Positions 59,501 to 64,000 of a stretch of 64,000 nt of DNA are shown here, piece after piece. How positions within the stretch are numbered: position 1 is the stretch's first letter; the number at the start of each line of letters is the position of its first letter. The position numbers and the translations under genes are program-made. This DNA comes from Harriotta raleighana (taxonomy: Eukaryota): the NCBI GenBank assembly GCA_050575255.1, contig JBNZDD010013687.1, positions 847,024-911,023 of the forward strand, in the 5' to 3' direction. Below the pieces are notes generated by a model that saw only the letters and a program-made list of their open reading frames with translations, searched no databases and was not told where the DNA came from.

Positions 59501-62189
59501 TAAAGCAGTGTACAACAAAACAACAACAAAATTACATTTATATATCGCCTGTAATATTGGGAGGAGTATAGTTGGTTGGTTGAAATTATTTGGGAATATT
59601 CTTTAATTAATTACATACCTTTAGTTGTCAGTAGGGTTAGAAATCCATTTCAGACAACTTTTTCAGAAAATAAATTGTTAGCTACAGCAAATATTTGTAT
59701 ATCAATAGAAATCCTGCAAAAAATCAGTTAGAATACTAGTCATGGGAGATGGGGGAGGAAATTAAGGACAATCAAAATATTCCATTTGTACATTTCTGCC
59801 AACACAGAAATATCTTGAGCATTAATAATAATGCAAAGGAAATATATTTGTACCAGCCAGACCATTGGGATAGGATATAGCTAATTGGGAGAAGCAAGGT
59901 AAACATTCTCTATCAGTCATATCCAAATGTTCTCTACAGAAAAAGCAGCAAAGTCCAGGAGGGTGAAAGTAGTAATTAATACCAGGTGACAGCTAATAGT
60001 TTTCCAGTATATGATCCTTGTTATAAATTCTTCATTTGCTTTTTTCAAACATTAGTACCTTATTATGACACCAAAAAGTGCTGATTGAATTTAGGGGCTT
60101 GTCAGACAACAAAGGAATGTTTTACAACTCTATTATTTCTGAATCAATTATCTTAAAACAAGTAATCTGTCACTGGGAAAAGGGTAAATTATTAAGTTAA
60201 GCATGTCATTGGGTACTTTGGGAAAACCTTCTCAGGGAAGTAAAATGTTTACAAAACGTTAGTAGCCAATGTGAACACCGTGAGTTGCTTTCATATGAAA
60301 TGTATTTTTAAAAAGCATTGAAATTTACATTTGGCCCATTGAGTTTGCCCTGGCTATCAGAGTAAGCTGCTCATTCAATCCTACTATCCAGCCATATACC
60401 CATACAATGGATTAAAAAAAACATATTATCAAAATATTTACATTCCTTCTCTAGGTTTGAACCAATATTTTCTTTTCCAAAAAAGTAGATTTCTTTTATA
60501 TTGTCATTTTATTTATTTAGTTTCCTTATTTCAAAATATTCTAATTTCCTTTCCATCACTTGGACTCAGAAAACCTCCCACCTATGTGAATTCTACATGG
60601 CTTACTTGATGCAATAATTATTATTTCCAAGGTATTCAACTAATTACAGTACTACAATTTAAATTTATACTGCGGCTTTCACATTGGGAAGACTTCTCAA
60701 GTGCTTCTCATTGCTTCCTGGGGAGCTGAAATGAACAATTATAATGTCATGGAAATTATCCAAAATGCTACCATCTAAAGTCATCAAATTAAAACCTTAT
60801 TTCCAATTATAAATGTTTCTGTACTACATTTTAAAAATAATTATTTATCTTCTTAAAAAGTTTGCCGGGTCAGTGACTTACTGTGACTGAAAGGATTAAT
60901 TGCTTCTTGCTATCGATCACTCCTATTATTTACTCTCCGCTCTGATGATAACTCCCAACTAGACATTAATCTACATTTATATATTGAATATGAATAAGAT
61001 CATTTAATCAGGGAAGAATAAAATAAGTTCCAGCAAAACTGTATGATTATATTTTTAAATAAGTGATTCACTGCATAGGCTATATTTCTAAGACATTTAC
61101 AAATAAATCAAATATTTGACAATTAATATGTGCAAAAGGGAATAATGTACATTTTCCTATGAAAGCACCCTGAGTGTCCAACACTTTGGGACTAGTGATT
61201 GTGATCATATACATGCAGAGATAGAGGAAACAAACAGAATTATCAACATACCCACTTGGTGAAGTCAATTGGCTAGCATGGTTGGTGGACAAAAGAAATA
61301 ACACAGAAAGAATAAATTACAATACTTTGAGCATTCGTTTATCACAAACAATATTTTTCCAGACGGATTTTAATGGTTTAACATTGTGGTGTTAAACGAT
61401 TCCTCCAAGCCAAATTATGGAGAAACAAATGTGAATCATTCGGGTTTTTTCCTGGTTTGGTCAGAAATTGTTGACAATAACTATTTTGTTTTATCAAATA
61501 ATGAAAGTCTTTCAGCAACCATGCAAGTACTAATGAGGCCACGTAAATAACATCAGGGAACTTCAATTCAGTCTGTGGTACCTAGACATTTCCCATGATC
61601 ATGTTTATGGGTACAGCCAGAGTGTGGAGAACAATCTGCAAAGGCACCATATCCGCCTTCAGTAATGACACGTGTAAACAACTTACAAAGATATGATAGC
61701 TGACTCAAGAAAGTCACAAGAGCCTATTTTTCCGCTGCCACAGAACTCTGTGAATGGATTTCATTGCAACTCGTCTTCCTACATTTTGTTATTGCAGAAT
61801 TTTGAAAGGTACGCAATTGAAAAAGAGACAAAACTAGGAATGACAAATGCATAGAATCCACCTGTGAGCGCATTGTCGTACAACTGAGGGAGTAAGGTAC
61901 AACATTTACAAAGCCAAACATGTAATGTACATCTGTCGTTCGTGTGACATTTGGAACACAGTAAAATAATTCCAATAGCAAAAGCCAACGGCCTGGATAT
62001 ATGAGGAATCCAAGTCTTCCGAAGTGAAATTGCACAGCAATAAAAATGTATAACATTTAAATGACTGGTTTGGATACTTACCCCATCATTGTTCTTTTCA
62101 CTCGTACTAGTTAGCATCTCCTGCAAGGCTCGAACAGAGAGTGATTGCTCCAGCACAAAATTACAGATGCAAAGGTCAGGTGGGACATA
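285..62189 (-). CDS. RYR3: Ryanodine receptor (RYR3-like), partial multi-exon gene: 61 regular exons plus 2-3 microexons; 5' and 3' ends outside the window
   Basis: Exons join in frame (8932 nt without microexons) via GT-AG introns. RYR3-type motifs as recalled: [44 protein letters not shown], [21 protein letters not shown]. Family is certain, paralogue less so. Confidence 0.9.
668..728 (-). CDS. RYR3: RyR exon W62 (61 nt), [19 protein letters not shown]
   Basis: AG/GT ends, phase 1-2. Confidence 0.92.
1252..1301 (-). CDS. RYR3: RyR exon W61 (50 nt), [16 protein letters not shown]
   Basis: AG/GT ends, phase 2-1. Confidence 0.92.
1446..1608 (+). mobile_element. L2-clade LINE reverse transcriptase fragment, cut by assembly gap
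   Basis: Open frame [24 protein letters not shown]...HMYADD; N run at 1609-1618. Confidence 0.9.
1715..2017 (+). mobile_element. Decayed L2 LINE 3' end
   Basis: Similar to the L2 3' end at 43761-44320 (LLHVP, WNSIP remnants); degenerate GTT/ATT tail. Confidence 0.75.
2074..2314 (+). other. RYR3: Inverted, out-of-order RyR exon (241 nt), [15 protein letters not shown]...LIRYVDYNR
   Basis: Open frame of RyR bridging-solenoid sequence on the + strand; TAG acceptor, AG|GCAAGC donor; host gene is on the - strand. Confidence 0.9.
2921..3003 (+). mobile_element. Young L2 3' UTR and (GTT)n tail
   Basis: TCTGTCCAGCGCCTTGGGACGTCCTCCTGACGTGAAACGC nearly identical to the reverse complement of about 43775-43845. 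Confidence 0.85.
3196..3824. mobile_element. Non-autonomous Tc1/mariner-Tigger-like MITE, subtype A
   Basis: TIRs CAGTAAAAGCC...GGCTTTTACTG, TA on the left; inverted copy at 37880-38285. Confidence 0.85.
3849..3970 (-). CDS. RYR3: RyR exon W60 (122 nt), [17 protein letters not shown]...SNKEKEIIA
   Basis: AG/GT ends, phase 0-2. Confidence 0.92.
4444..4511 (-). CDS. RYR3: RyR exon W59 (68 nt), [22 protein letters not shown]
   Basis: AG/GT ends, phase 1-0. Confidence 0.92.
4867..4982 (-). CDS. RYR3: RyR exon W58 (116 nt), [21 protein letters not shown]...
   Basis: AG/GT ends, phase 2-1. Confidence 0.92.
5241..5364 (-). CDS. RYR3: RyR exon W57 (124 nt), [25 protein letters not shown]... (RYR repeat 4)
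   Basis: AG/GT ends, phase 1-2. Confidence 0.92.
5646..5721 (-). CDS. RYR3: RyR exon W56 (76 nt), [25 protein letters not shown]
   Basis: AG/GT ends, phase 0-1. Confidence 0.92.
6271..6336 (-). CDS. RYR3: RyR exon W55 (66 nt), [22 protein letters not shown]
   Basis: AG/GT ends, phase 0-0. Confidence 0.88.
6703..6711 (-). CDS. RYR3: Candidate 9-nt microexon (LNK) with GC donor
   Basis: CTGTCAG|TTAAACAAG|GCAAGT; frame-preserving in a phase-0 intron. Confidence 0.45.
6930..7067 (-). CDS. RYR3: RyR exon W54 (138 nt), [12 protein letters not shown]...EKQRKASQ
   Basis: AG/GT ends, phase 0-0. Confidence 0.92.
7769..7858 (-). CDS. RYR3: RyR exon W53 (90 nt), LQNGWTYSD...[13 protein letters not shown]
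   Basis: AG/GT ends; RYR repeat 3. Confidence 0.92.
8196..8274 (-). CDS. RYR3: RyR exon W52 (79 nt), [26 protein letters not shown]
   Basis: AG/GT ends, phase 2-0. Confidence 0.92.
8966..9129 (-). CDS. RYR3: RyR exon W51 (164 nt), [14 protein letters not shown]...[11 protein letters not shown]
   Basis: AG/GT ends, phase 0-2. Confidence 0.93.
9221..9514 (+). mobile_element. tRNA-derived SINE
   Basis: A/B-box head; body shared with 22649 and 53093 copies; (ATT)n tail. Confidence 0.88.
9515..10010. mobile_element. Tigger-like MITE, subtype B, inserted in SINE tail
   Basis: TA-flanked degenerate CAGTAAAA TIRs; homologous to 17061-17448. Confidence 0.82.
10533..10673 (-). CDS. RYR3: RyR exon W50 (141 nt), [15 protein letters not shown]...[10 protein letters not shown]
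   Basis: AG/GT ends. Confidence 0.93.
11610..11700 (-). CDS. RYR3: RyR exon W49 (91 nt), [19 protein letters not shown]...
   Basis: AG/GT ends, phase 2-0. Confidence 0.92.
12379..12599 (-). CDS. RYR3: RyR exon W48 (221 nt), [15 protein letters not shown]...ECLLSIC
   Basis: AG/GT ends, phase 0-2. Confidence 0.93.
13174..13343 (-). CDS. RYR3: RyR exon W47 (170 nt), [31 protein letters not shown]...
   Basis: AG/GT ends, phase 1-0. Confidence 0.93.
13914..14034 (-). CDS. RYR3: RyR exon W46 (121 nt), [21 protein letters not shown]...
   Basis: AG/GT ends, phase 0-1. Confidence 0.93.
14264..14357 (-). CDS. RYR3: RyR exon W45 (94 nt), [31 protein letters not shown]
   Basis: AG/GT ends, phase 2-0. 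Confidence 0.92.
14669..14849 (-). CDS. RYR3: RyR exon W44 (181 nt), [30 protein letters not shown]...
   Basis: AG/GT ends, phase 1-2. Confidence 0.93.
15230..15365 (-). CDS. RYR3: RyR exon W43 (136 nt), [11 protein letters not shown]...[15 protein letters not shown]...
   Basis: AG/GT ends, phase 0-1. Confidence 0.93.
15800..15903 (-). CDS. RYR3: RyR exon W42 (104 nt), [25 protein letters not shown]...
   Basis: AG/GT ends, phase 1-0. Confidence 0.93.
16625..16757 (-). CDS. RYR3: RyR exon W41 (133 nt), [33 protein letters not shown]...
   Basis: AG/GT ends, phase 0-1. Confidence 0.93.
17061..17448. mobile_element. Tigger-like MITE, subtype B
   Basis: TA|CAGTAAAAGC...GCTGTTCCTG|TA; inverted copy at 39588-39970. 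Confidence 0.85.
17745..17859 (-). CDS. RYR3: RyR exon W40 (115 nt), [25 protein letters not shown]...
   Basis: AG/GT ends, phase 2-0. Confidence 0.93.
18139..18412 (-). CDS. RYR3: RyR exon W39 (274 nt), [16 protein letters not shown]...LMIRGL
   Basis: AG/GT ends, phase 1-2. Confidence 0.93.
18733..18870 (-). mobile_element. CR1-like LINE 3' fragment
   Basis: GAACATAAGAA...AGGCCATTCGGCCCCTCAAGCCTG...CATGGCTGATCT resembles the reverse complement of CR1 3' ends (recognised from memory). Confidence 0.65.
20620..21030 (+). mobile_element. Old L2 3' fragment
   Basis: Decayed IQNxAA / HWLP / RIxFKIL-like sequence matching the 43761-44320 element. Confidence 0.6.
21096..21233 (-). CDS. RYR3: RyR exon W38 (138 nt), [19 protein letters not shown]...EEEKAP
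   Basis: AG/GT ends, phase 1-1. Confidence 0.9.
22341..22412. repeat. Short tandem repeat of about 16 nt (TGTACAGCTGTGTGAT) containing four CAGCTG motifs
   Basis: CAGCTG at 22349, 22365, 22381, 22393. Confidence 0.85.
22649..22993 (+). mobile_element. tRNA-derived SINE, full length
   Basis: TGGCTCAGTGG A-box, GTTCGAATCC B-box, long (ATT)n tail. Confidence 0.9.
23739..23841 (-). CDS. RYR3: RyR exon W37 (103 nt), [18 protein letters not shown]...LLTHC
   Basis: AG/GT ends, phase 0-1. Confidence 0.92.
24226..24426 (-). CDS. RYR3: RyR exon W36 (201 nt), [18 protein letters not shown]...EFRSPPQEQ
   Basis: AG/GT ends. Confidence 0.94.
25009..25816 (-). CDS. RYR3: RyR exon W35 (808 nt), CLDILELSE...LPESVKYQ
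   Basis: AG/GT ends, phase 2-0; [14 protein letters not shown] and [10 protein letters not shown] motifs. Confidence 0.95.
26520..26556. repeat. (TA)n(CA)n microsatellite
   Basis: Visible dinucleotide run. Confidence 0.9.
26600..26826 (-). CDS. RYR3: RyR exon W34 (227 nt), [13 protein letters not shown]...PQCPPRL...IPEEN
   Basis: AG/GT ends, phase 0-2. Confidence 0.93.
27329..28288. mobile_element. GC-rich non-autonomous DNA transposon (Tigger-like, second family)
   Basis: TA|CAGTTAACCCT...AGGGTTAACTG|TA: 11-bp perfect TIR with TA duplication. Confidence 0.85.
28822..28908 (-). CDS. RYR3: RyR exon W33 (87 nt), [29 protein letters not shown]
   Basis: AG/GT ends. Confidence 0.93.
30570..30894 (+). 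mobile_element. Diverged tRNA-derived SINE
   Basis: Degenerate match to the 53093 copy throughout. Confidence 0.7.
30898..31063 (-). CDS. RYR3: RyR exon W32 (166 nt), [13 protein letters not shown]...NTSYQ (SPRY3)
   Basis: AG/GT ends, phase 2-0. Confidence 0.93.
31903..32063 (-). CDS. RYR3: RyR exon W31 (161 nt), [26 protein letters not shown]...GDEKGRVHE
   Basis: AG/GT ends, phase 0-2. Confidence 0.93.
32506..32557 (-). CDS. RYR3: RyR exon W30 (52 nt, D2 divergent region), [17 protein letters not shown]
   Basis: The AG/GT-bounded open segment I found that bridges phase 2 (32902) to phase 0 (32063); weak homology. Confidence 0.65.
32902..33116 (-). CDS. RYR3: RyR exon W29 (215 nt), [20 protein letters not shown]...FRLSMPV...
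   Basis: AG/GT ends, phase 0-2. Confidence 0.88.
33439..33647 (-). CDS. RYR3: RyR exon W28 (209 nt), [20 protein letters not shown]...CGLQEGFEP...
   Basis: AG/GT ends, phase 1-0. Confidence 0.93.
34273..34447 (-). CDS. RYR3: RyR exon W27 (175 nt), [24 protein letters not shown]... (SPRY2)
   Basis: AG/GT ends, phase 0-1. Confidence 0.93.
34530..34838. mobile_element. Partial Tigger-like MITE (subtype A end) with an N-joined internal duplication
   Basis: Right TIR GGTGCCAGATAAAACGGGGTTTTACTA; AT-rich core shared with 3196 and 37880 copies. Confidence 0.75.
36395..36606 (+). mobile_element. L2 3' end fragment
   Basis: TCCTTCAAGTCCCACCTCAAGACC, GACGTGAAAGGCACTATACAAATGT and GTT tail. Confidence 0.75.
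36700..36905 (-). CDS. RYR3: RyR exon W26 (206 or 203 nt), [18 protein letters not shown]...GKWYFEFE... (SPRY2)
   Basis: CAGCAG acceptor, GT donor, phase 1-0. Confidence 0.92.
37428..37575 (-). CDS. RYR3: RyR exon W25 (148 nt), [13 protein letters not shown]...[13 protein letters not shown]
   Basis: AG/GT ends, phase 0-1. Confidence 0.93.
37880..38285. mobile_element. Tigger-like MITE, subtype A
   Basis: TA|CAGTAAAACCTTGTTTATCC...GGATAAACAAGGTTTTACTG|TA, 20-bp perfect TIR. Confidence 0.9.
38649..38808 (-). CDS. RYR3: RyR exon W24 (160 nt), [15 protein letters not shown]...QGWTYGIQQ
   Basis: AG/GT ends; RYR repeat 2. Confidence 0.93.
39588..39970. mobile_element. Tigger-like MITE, subtype B, inverted relative to 17061
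   Basis: TA-flanked TIRs CAATAAAAGCTT...AAGCTTTTACTG. Confidence 0.87.
40060..40143 (-). CDS. RYR3: RyR exon W23 (84 nt), [27 protein letters not shown]
   Basis: AG/GT ends, phase 2-2. Confidence 0.92.
40247..40350 (-). CDS. RYR3: RyR exon W22 (104 nt), [13 protein letters not shown]...[13 protein letters not shown]
   Basis: AG/GT ends, phase 0-2. Confidence 0.93.
41157..41261 (-). CDS. RYR3: RyR exon W21 (105 nt), [35 protein letters not shown]
   Basis: AG/GT ends; RYR repeat 1. Confidence 0.93.
42165..42381 (-). CDS. RYR3: RyR exon W20 (217 nt), [25 protein letters not shown]...PVDTSQ
   Basis: AG/GT ends, phase 2-0. Confidence 0.93.
43514..43706 (-). CDS. RYR3: RyR exon W19 (193 nt), [12 protein letters not shown]...[11 protein letters not shown] (SPRY1)
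   Basis: AG/GT ends, phase 1-2. Confidence 0.93.
43761..44320 (-). mobile_element. Young 5'-truncated L2 LINE (ORF2 C-terminus, 3' UTR, (GTT)n tail)
   Basis: Open frame IQNSAARVL...[23 protein letters not shown]...[17 protein letters not shown]...[10 protein letters not shown]. Confidence 0.93.
44470..44711 (-). CDS. RYR3: RyR exon W18 (242 nt), LRPNIFLG...[26 protein letters not shown]
   Basis: AG/GT ends; SPRY1. Confidence 0.94.
45064..45197 (-). CDS. RYR3: RyR exon W17 (134 nt), [17 protein letters not shown]...
   Basis: AG/GT ends, phase 0-2. Confidence 0.93.
45720..45838 (-). CDS. RYR3: RyR exon W16 (119 nt), [17 protein letters not shown]...KHGRNHK
   Basis: AG/GT ends, phase 1-0. 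Confidence 0.93.
46184..46279 (-). CDS. RYR3: RyR exon W15 (96 nt), [31 protein letters not shown]
   Basis: AG/GT ends, phase 1-1. Confidence 0.93.
46993..47128 (-). CDS. RYR3: RyR exon W14 (136 nt), [16 protein letters not shown]...LLYVLL
   Basis: AG/GT ends, phase 0-1. Confidence 0.93.
49423..49606 (-). CDS. RYR3: RyR exon W13 (184 nt), [10 protein letters not shown]...[11 protein letters not shown]
   Basis: AG/GT ends, phase 2-0. Confidence 0.93.
50378..50499 (-). CDS. RYR3: RyR exon W12 (122 nt), [30 protein letters not shown]...
   Basis: AG/GT ends, phase 0-2. Confidence 0.93.
51146..51310 (-). CDS. RYR3: RyR exon W11 (165 nt), [24 protein letters not shown]...LKRK
   Basis: AG/GT ends. 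Confidence 0.92.
51650..51806 (-). CDS. RYR3: RyR exon W10 (157 nt), [20 protein letters not shown]...
   Basis: AG/GT ends; MIR region. Confidence 0.93.
52269..52343 (-). CDS. RYR3: RyR exon W9 (75 nt), [24 protein letters not shown]
   Basis: AG/GT ends, phase 2-2. Confidence 0.92.
52539..52632 (-). CDS. RYR3: RyR exon W8 (94 nt), [19 protein letters not shown]...
   Basis: AG/GT ends, phase 1-2. Confidence 0.92.
53093..53420 (+). mobile_element. tRNA-derived SINE, full length, best preserved copy
   Basis: A-box/B-box head; central GCTGTGCGCAATTGGCTGCCGCGTTT; L2-like 3' end GCGCTTTGGGACG...TGAAAAGCGCTATATCAAATGC plus (ATT)n. Confidence 0.92.
53456..53555 (-). CDS. RYR3: RyR exon W7 (100 nt), [23 protein letters not shown]...
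   Basis: AG/GT ends, phase 0-1. Confidence 0.93.
53835..53947 (-). CDS. RYR3: RyR exon W6 (113 nt), [37 protein letters not shown]
   Basis: AG/GT ends, phase 1-0. Confidence 0.94.
55014..55092 (-). CDS. RYR3: RyR exon W5 (79 nt), [26 protein letters not shown]
   Basis: AG/GT ends, phase 0-1. Confidence 0.93.
56253..56327 (-). CDS. RYR3: RyR exon W4 (75 nt), [25 protein letters not shown]
   Basis: AG/GT ends. Confidence 0.93.
57689..57703 (-). CDS. RYR3: RyR microexon W3 (15 nt), KFMIK
   Basis: Long pyrimidine tract, TAG|AAGTTTATGATAAAG|GTAAGT; matches RYR2 KFMMK. Confidence 0.82.
58644..58879. repeat. Direct duplication of about 118 bp joined by a single N (probable contig-overlap artefact)
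   Basis: 58644-58761 and 58764-58879 nearly identical; N at 58763. Confidence 0.85.
59060..59410 (-). mobile_element. Old L2-like fragment
   Basis: Purine-rich decayed match to the L2 3' region plus a degenerate tail motif. Confidence 0.5.
61252..61272 (-). CDS. RYR3: RyR microexon W2 (21 nt), PIDFTKW
   Basis: Pyrimidine tract, CATGCTAG|CCAATTGACTTCACCAAGTGG|GTATGT; matches RYR2 QVDVEKW in length, phase and position. Confidence 0.78.
62082..62189 (-). CDS. RYR3: RyR exon W1 (108 nt; equivalent to exon 3), [26 protein letters not shown]...
   Basis: AG/GT ends, phase 0-0. Confidence 0.94.
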
Positions 62190-64000
62190 CTGTGAACAAA
62201 TAAAATGTATCACTGCAAAGATAAAAGTATTATATATATCCTTATTTGTGGTCAAAGCTTTTTTTTGATAGCTTCAATAGACTATCAAGATTGTTTGTTA
62301 TCAAATTGCTCATCTTGGAAAAATGTTTTGGTACTTAATATTACAGGCAATTTTGTGGTTGTTATAACACTCATTTTAAGGGATTGTTATGTTATTATAG
62401 TTATGACGTGGTAACTTTTTTTTGTAACAAGTCAATTACTTGGTAAACAGCACATAAGACCATACAGTAAAGCAAAGAATTATAATCTCTTGGAATCTTA
62501 GATTTCAAATGCTGTTCAGCCAGTTATTTGGTTTAATTTGTAGCTTTAATGAATATACTTAACAGACTGGCAGAAATATGATAATCTTGTGGAATTTATG
62601 TCCAGCAAGCACAAAGTAAAGGCAGTTCCGGGATGAAATTTCAAGGATTATCAGGTTTCAGCTATGAAACATTGGCTAACGTGGCAGGAGATGCAAACTA
62701 CTTTGCATTATATTATCAATTATTAGGACAATAATACAATTAATGCTGAACAATTCATGGCTTCGAAAAGTGGTAATGAATCAATCGCCAACACCATTAT
62801 CAACACTGTGGTGTTGGGTCAAGCAGGAAACAGACGTAAGTGTCAGATTAGTGGTTCTTAAATATTAAGAAAAATATAGACTGCCTAAAAATCACTTAAA
62901 ACTTATTGATCATTATTATTACTACTGGAAAACATGATTGTAGCAGTCTCAGTTAAGATCCATACATGAGGCCCAGTCCAACAGATGGGGTCACAGCTAG
63001 CAGGCAATGTTCAGGTAAGAAGAATCATTGCTGATCTTGCAGGAAACATTAGAGTTTATATGTGCAATGACTGCTGGATTCTCAGTACCTGTTAACTGAG
63101 GTACGGATTTGATTGCTGTGCTCAGCAGCCTGGCTTTATTCTCATTTTCTGCTTGGATATCAATATTTTTCCAGGTAATAAAAGTTTATTATTCCCATGT
63201 CTGCAGATGTGGAAGTTTTGACATTATATCATCATTTGTGTTTATTGCTTTACTGGTATTTCTGGGTCCAATTGGGGGAAAAAGTAAGAAATCATTCAAA
63301 CACGTGTACTGTAATCGCAAAATGTCATCATCTCAAAGGAGGAATATATTCTATGACGACTTTATCTTACAATGACTTATAATGTGTATGAAACTCTTCC
63401 ACAATATAGATGTGTAAGCAAATCAATATTGTGTAACCTTTAAACAGTACATGAAACTCACTCTGAATTTTTAAATGAACAGATTTCGAATCTGAATCTG
63501 AAATTTAGGACTTGATCTCATTTAAAACATTAAAATCTGACCCAGACGCCATGTCATTGCATTACGTGGGAAATCTCGATGGTACAGAAAAGCAGGAGGA
63601 GCTGAGGGTATATCAGGGCTGAGCGTGCCAAAGTTACTGGAACAGGTTAATATGTCACATATTCGAAAACACCCAAGTCTGCCTAGGAAACTGAAAAATA
63701 ATGAACTGGACAGCTCGGGTTGTGGGTGAAATATTTTAACAAATCCAACAAAAATAACTCTTAATTTGCCCCCCAATTGGACCTTATTTAGTGGGCAATG
63801 CATAGCATTTAAAGGAACTCTTGAGTCAGTGCAATCTAGAGAACCCTCCATTTGAATAAACAATTATTGTGTTGGTTTATGTTTTTATAAAGTCAGTATC
63901 TTCAGTTTTGTAGAAGCTGAATGCTGACATGTCACTGGAGGCAATTAACTCCACTCTTCTGCATGCCAGATTCAACCAGATCAGCATGTCAGAGCCCAAA

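Noticed and set aside
62190-64000. Upstream RyR exon 2 or promoter
   Set aside because: No RyR-like peptide or CpG island seen; treated as intron.

Overview
AT-rich vertebrate genomic DNA. The repeat content (L2/CR1 LINEs, a tRNA-derived SINE with an L2-type tail, TA-flanked MITEs) suggests a cartilaginous fish such as elephant shark, but that is inference. The whole window lies inside one minus-strand ryanodine receptor gene, most similar to RYR3. I traced 61 regular exons (62189 down to 285, 8932 nt, about 2977 codons, all GT-AG and phase-consistent), from the N-terminal domain through the SPRY domains and RYR repeats into the bridging solenoid; both gene ends lie outside the window. Features not explained by that model: (i) an intact 241-nt RyR exon in the opposite orientation and out of order at 2074-2314, enclosed by parts of a young L2 next to an assembly gap; (ii) two in-frame microexons (21 nt PIDFTKW, 15 nt KFMIK) matching the small RYR2 exons; (iii) a candidate 9-nt GC-AG microexon next to a PKA-type RKAS motif; (iv) an unusual D2-region exon arrangement. 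No prokaryotic-type systems, CRISPR arrays, rRNA or true tRNA genes were seen. Comparisons with human RYR sequences are from memory, not from a database search.
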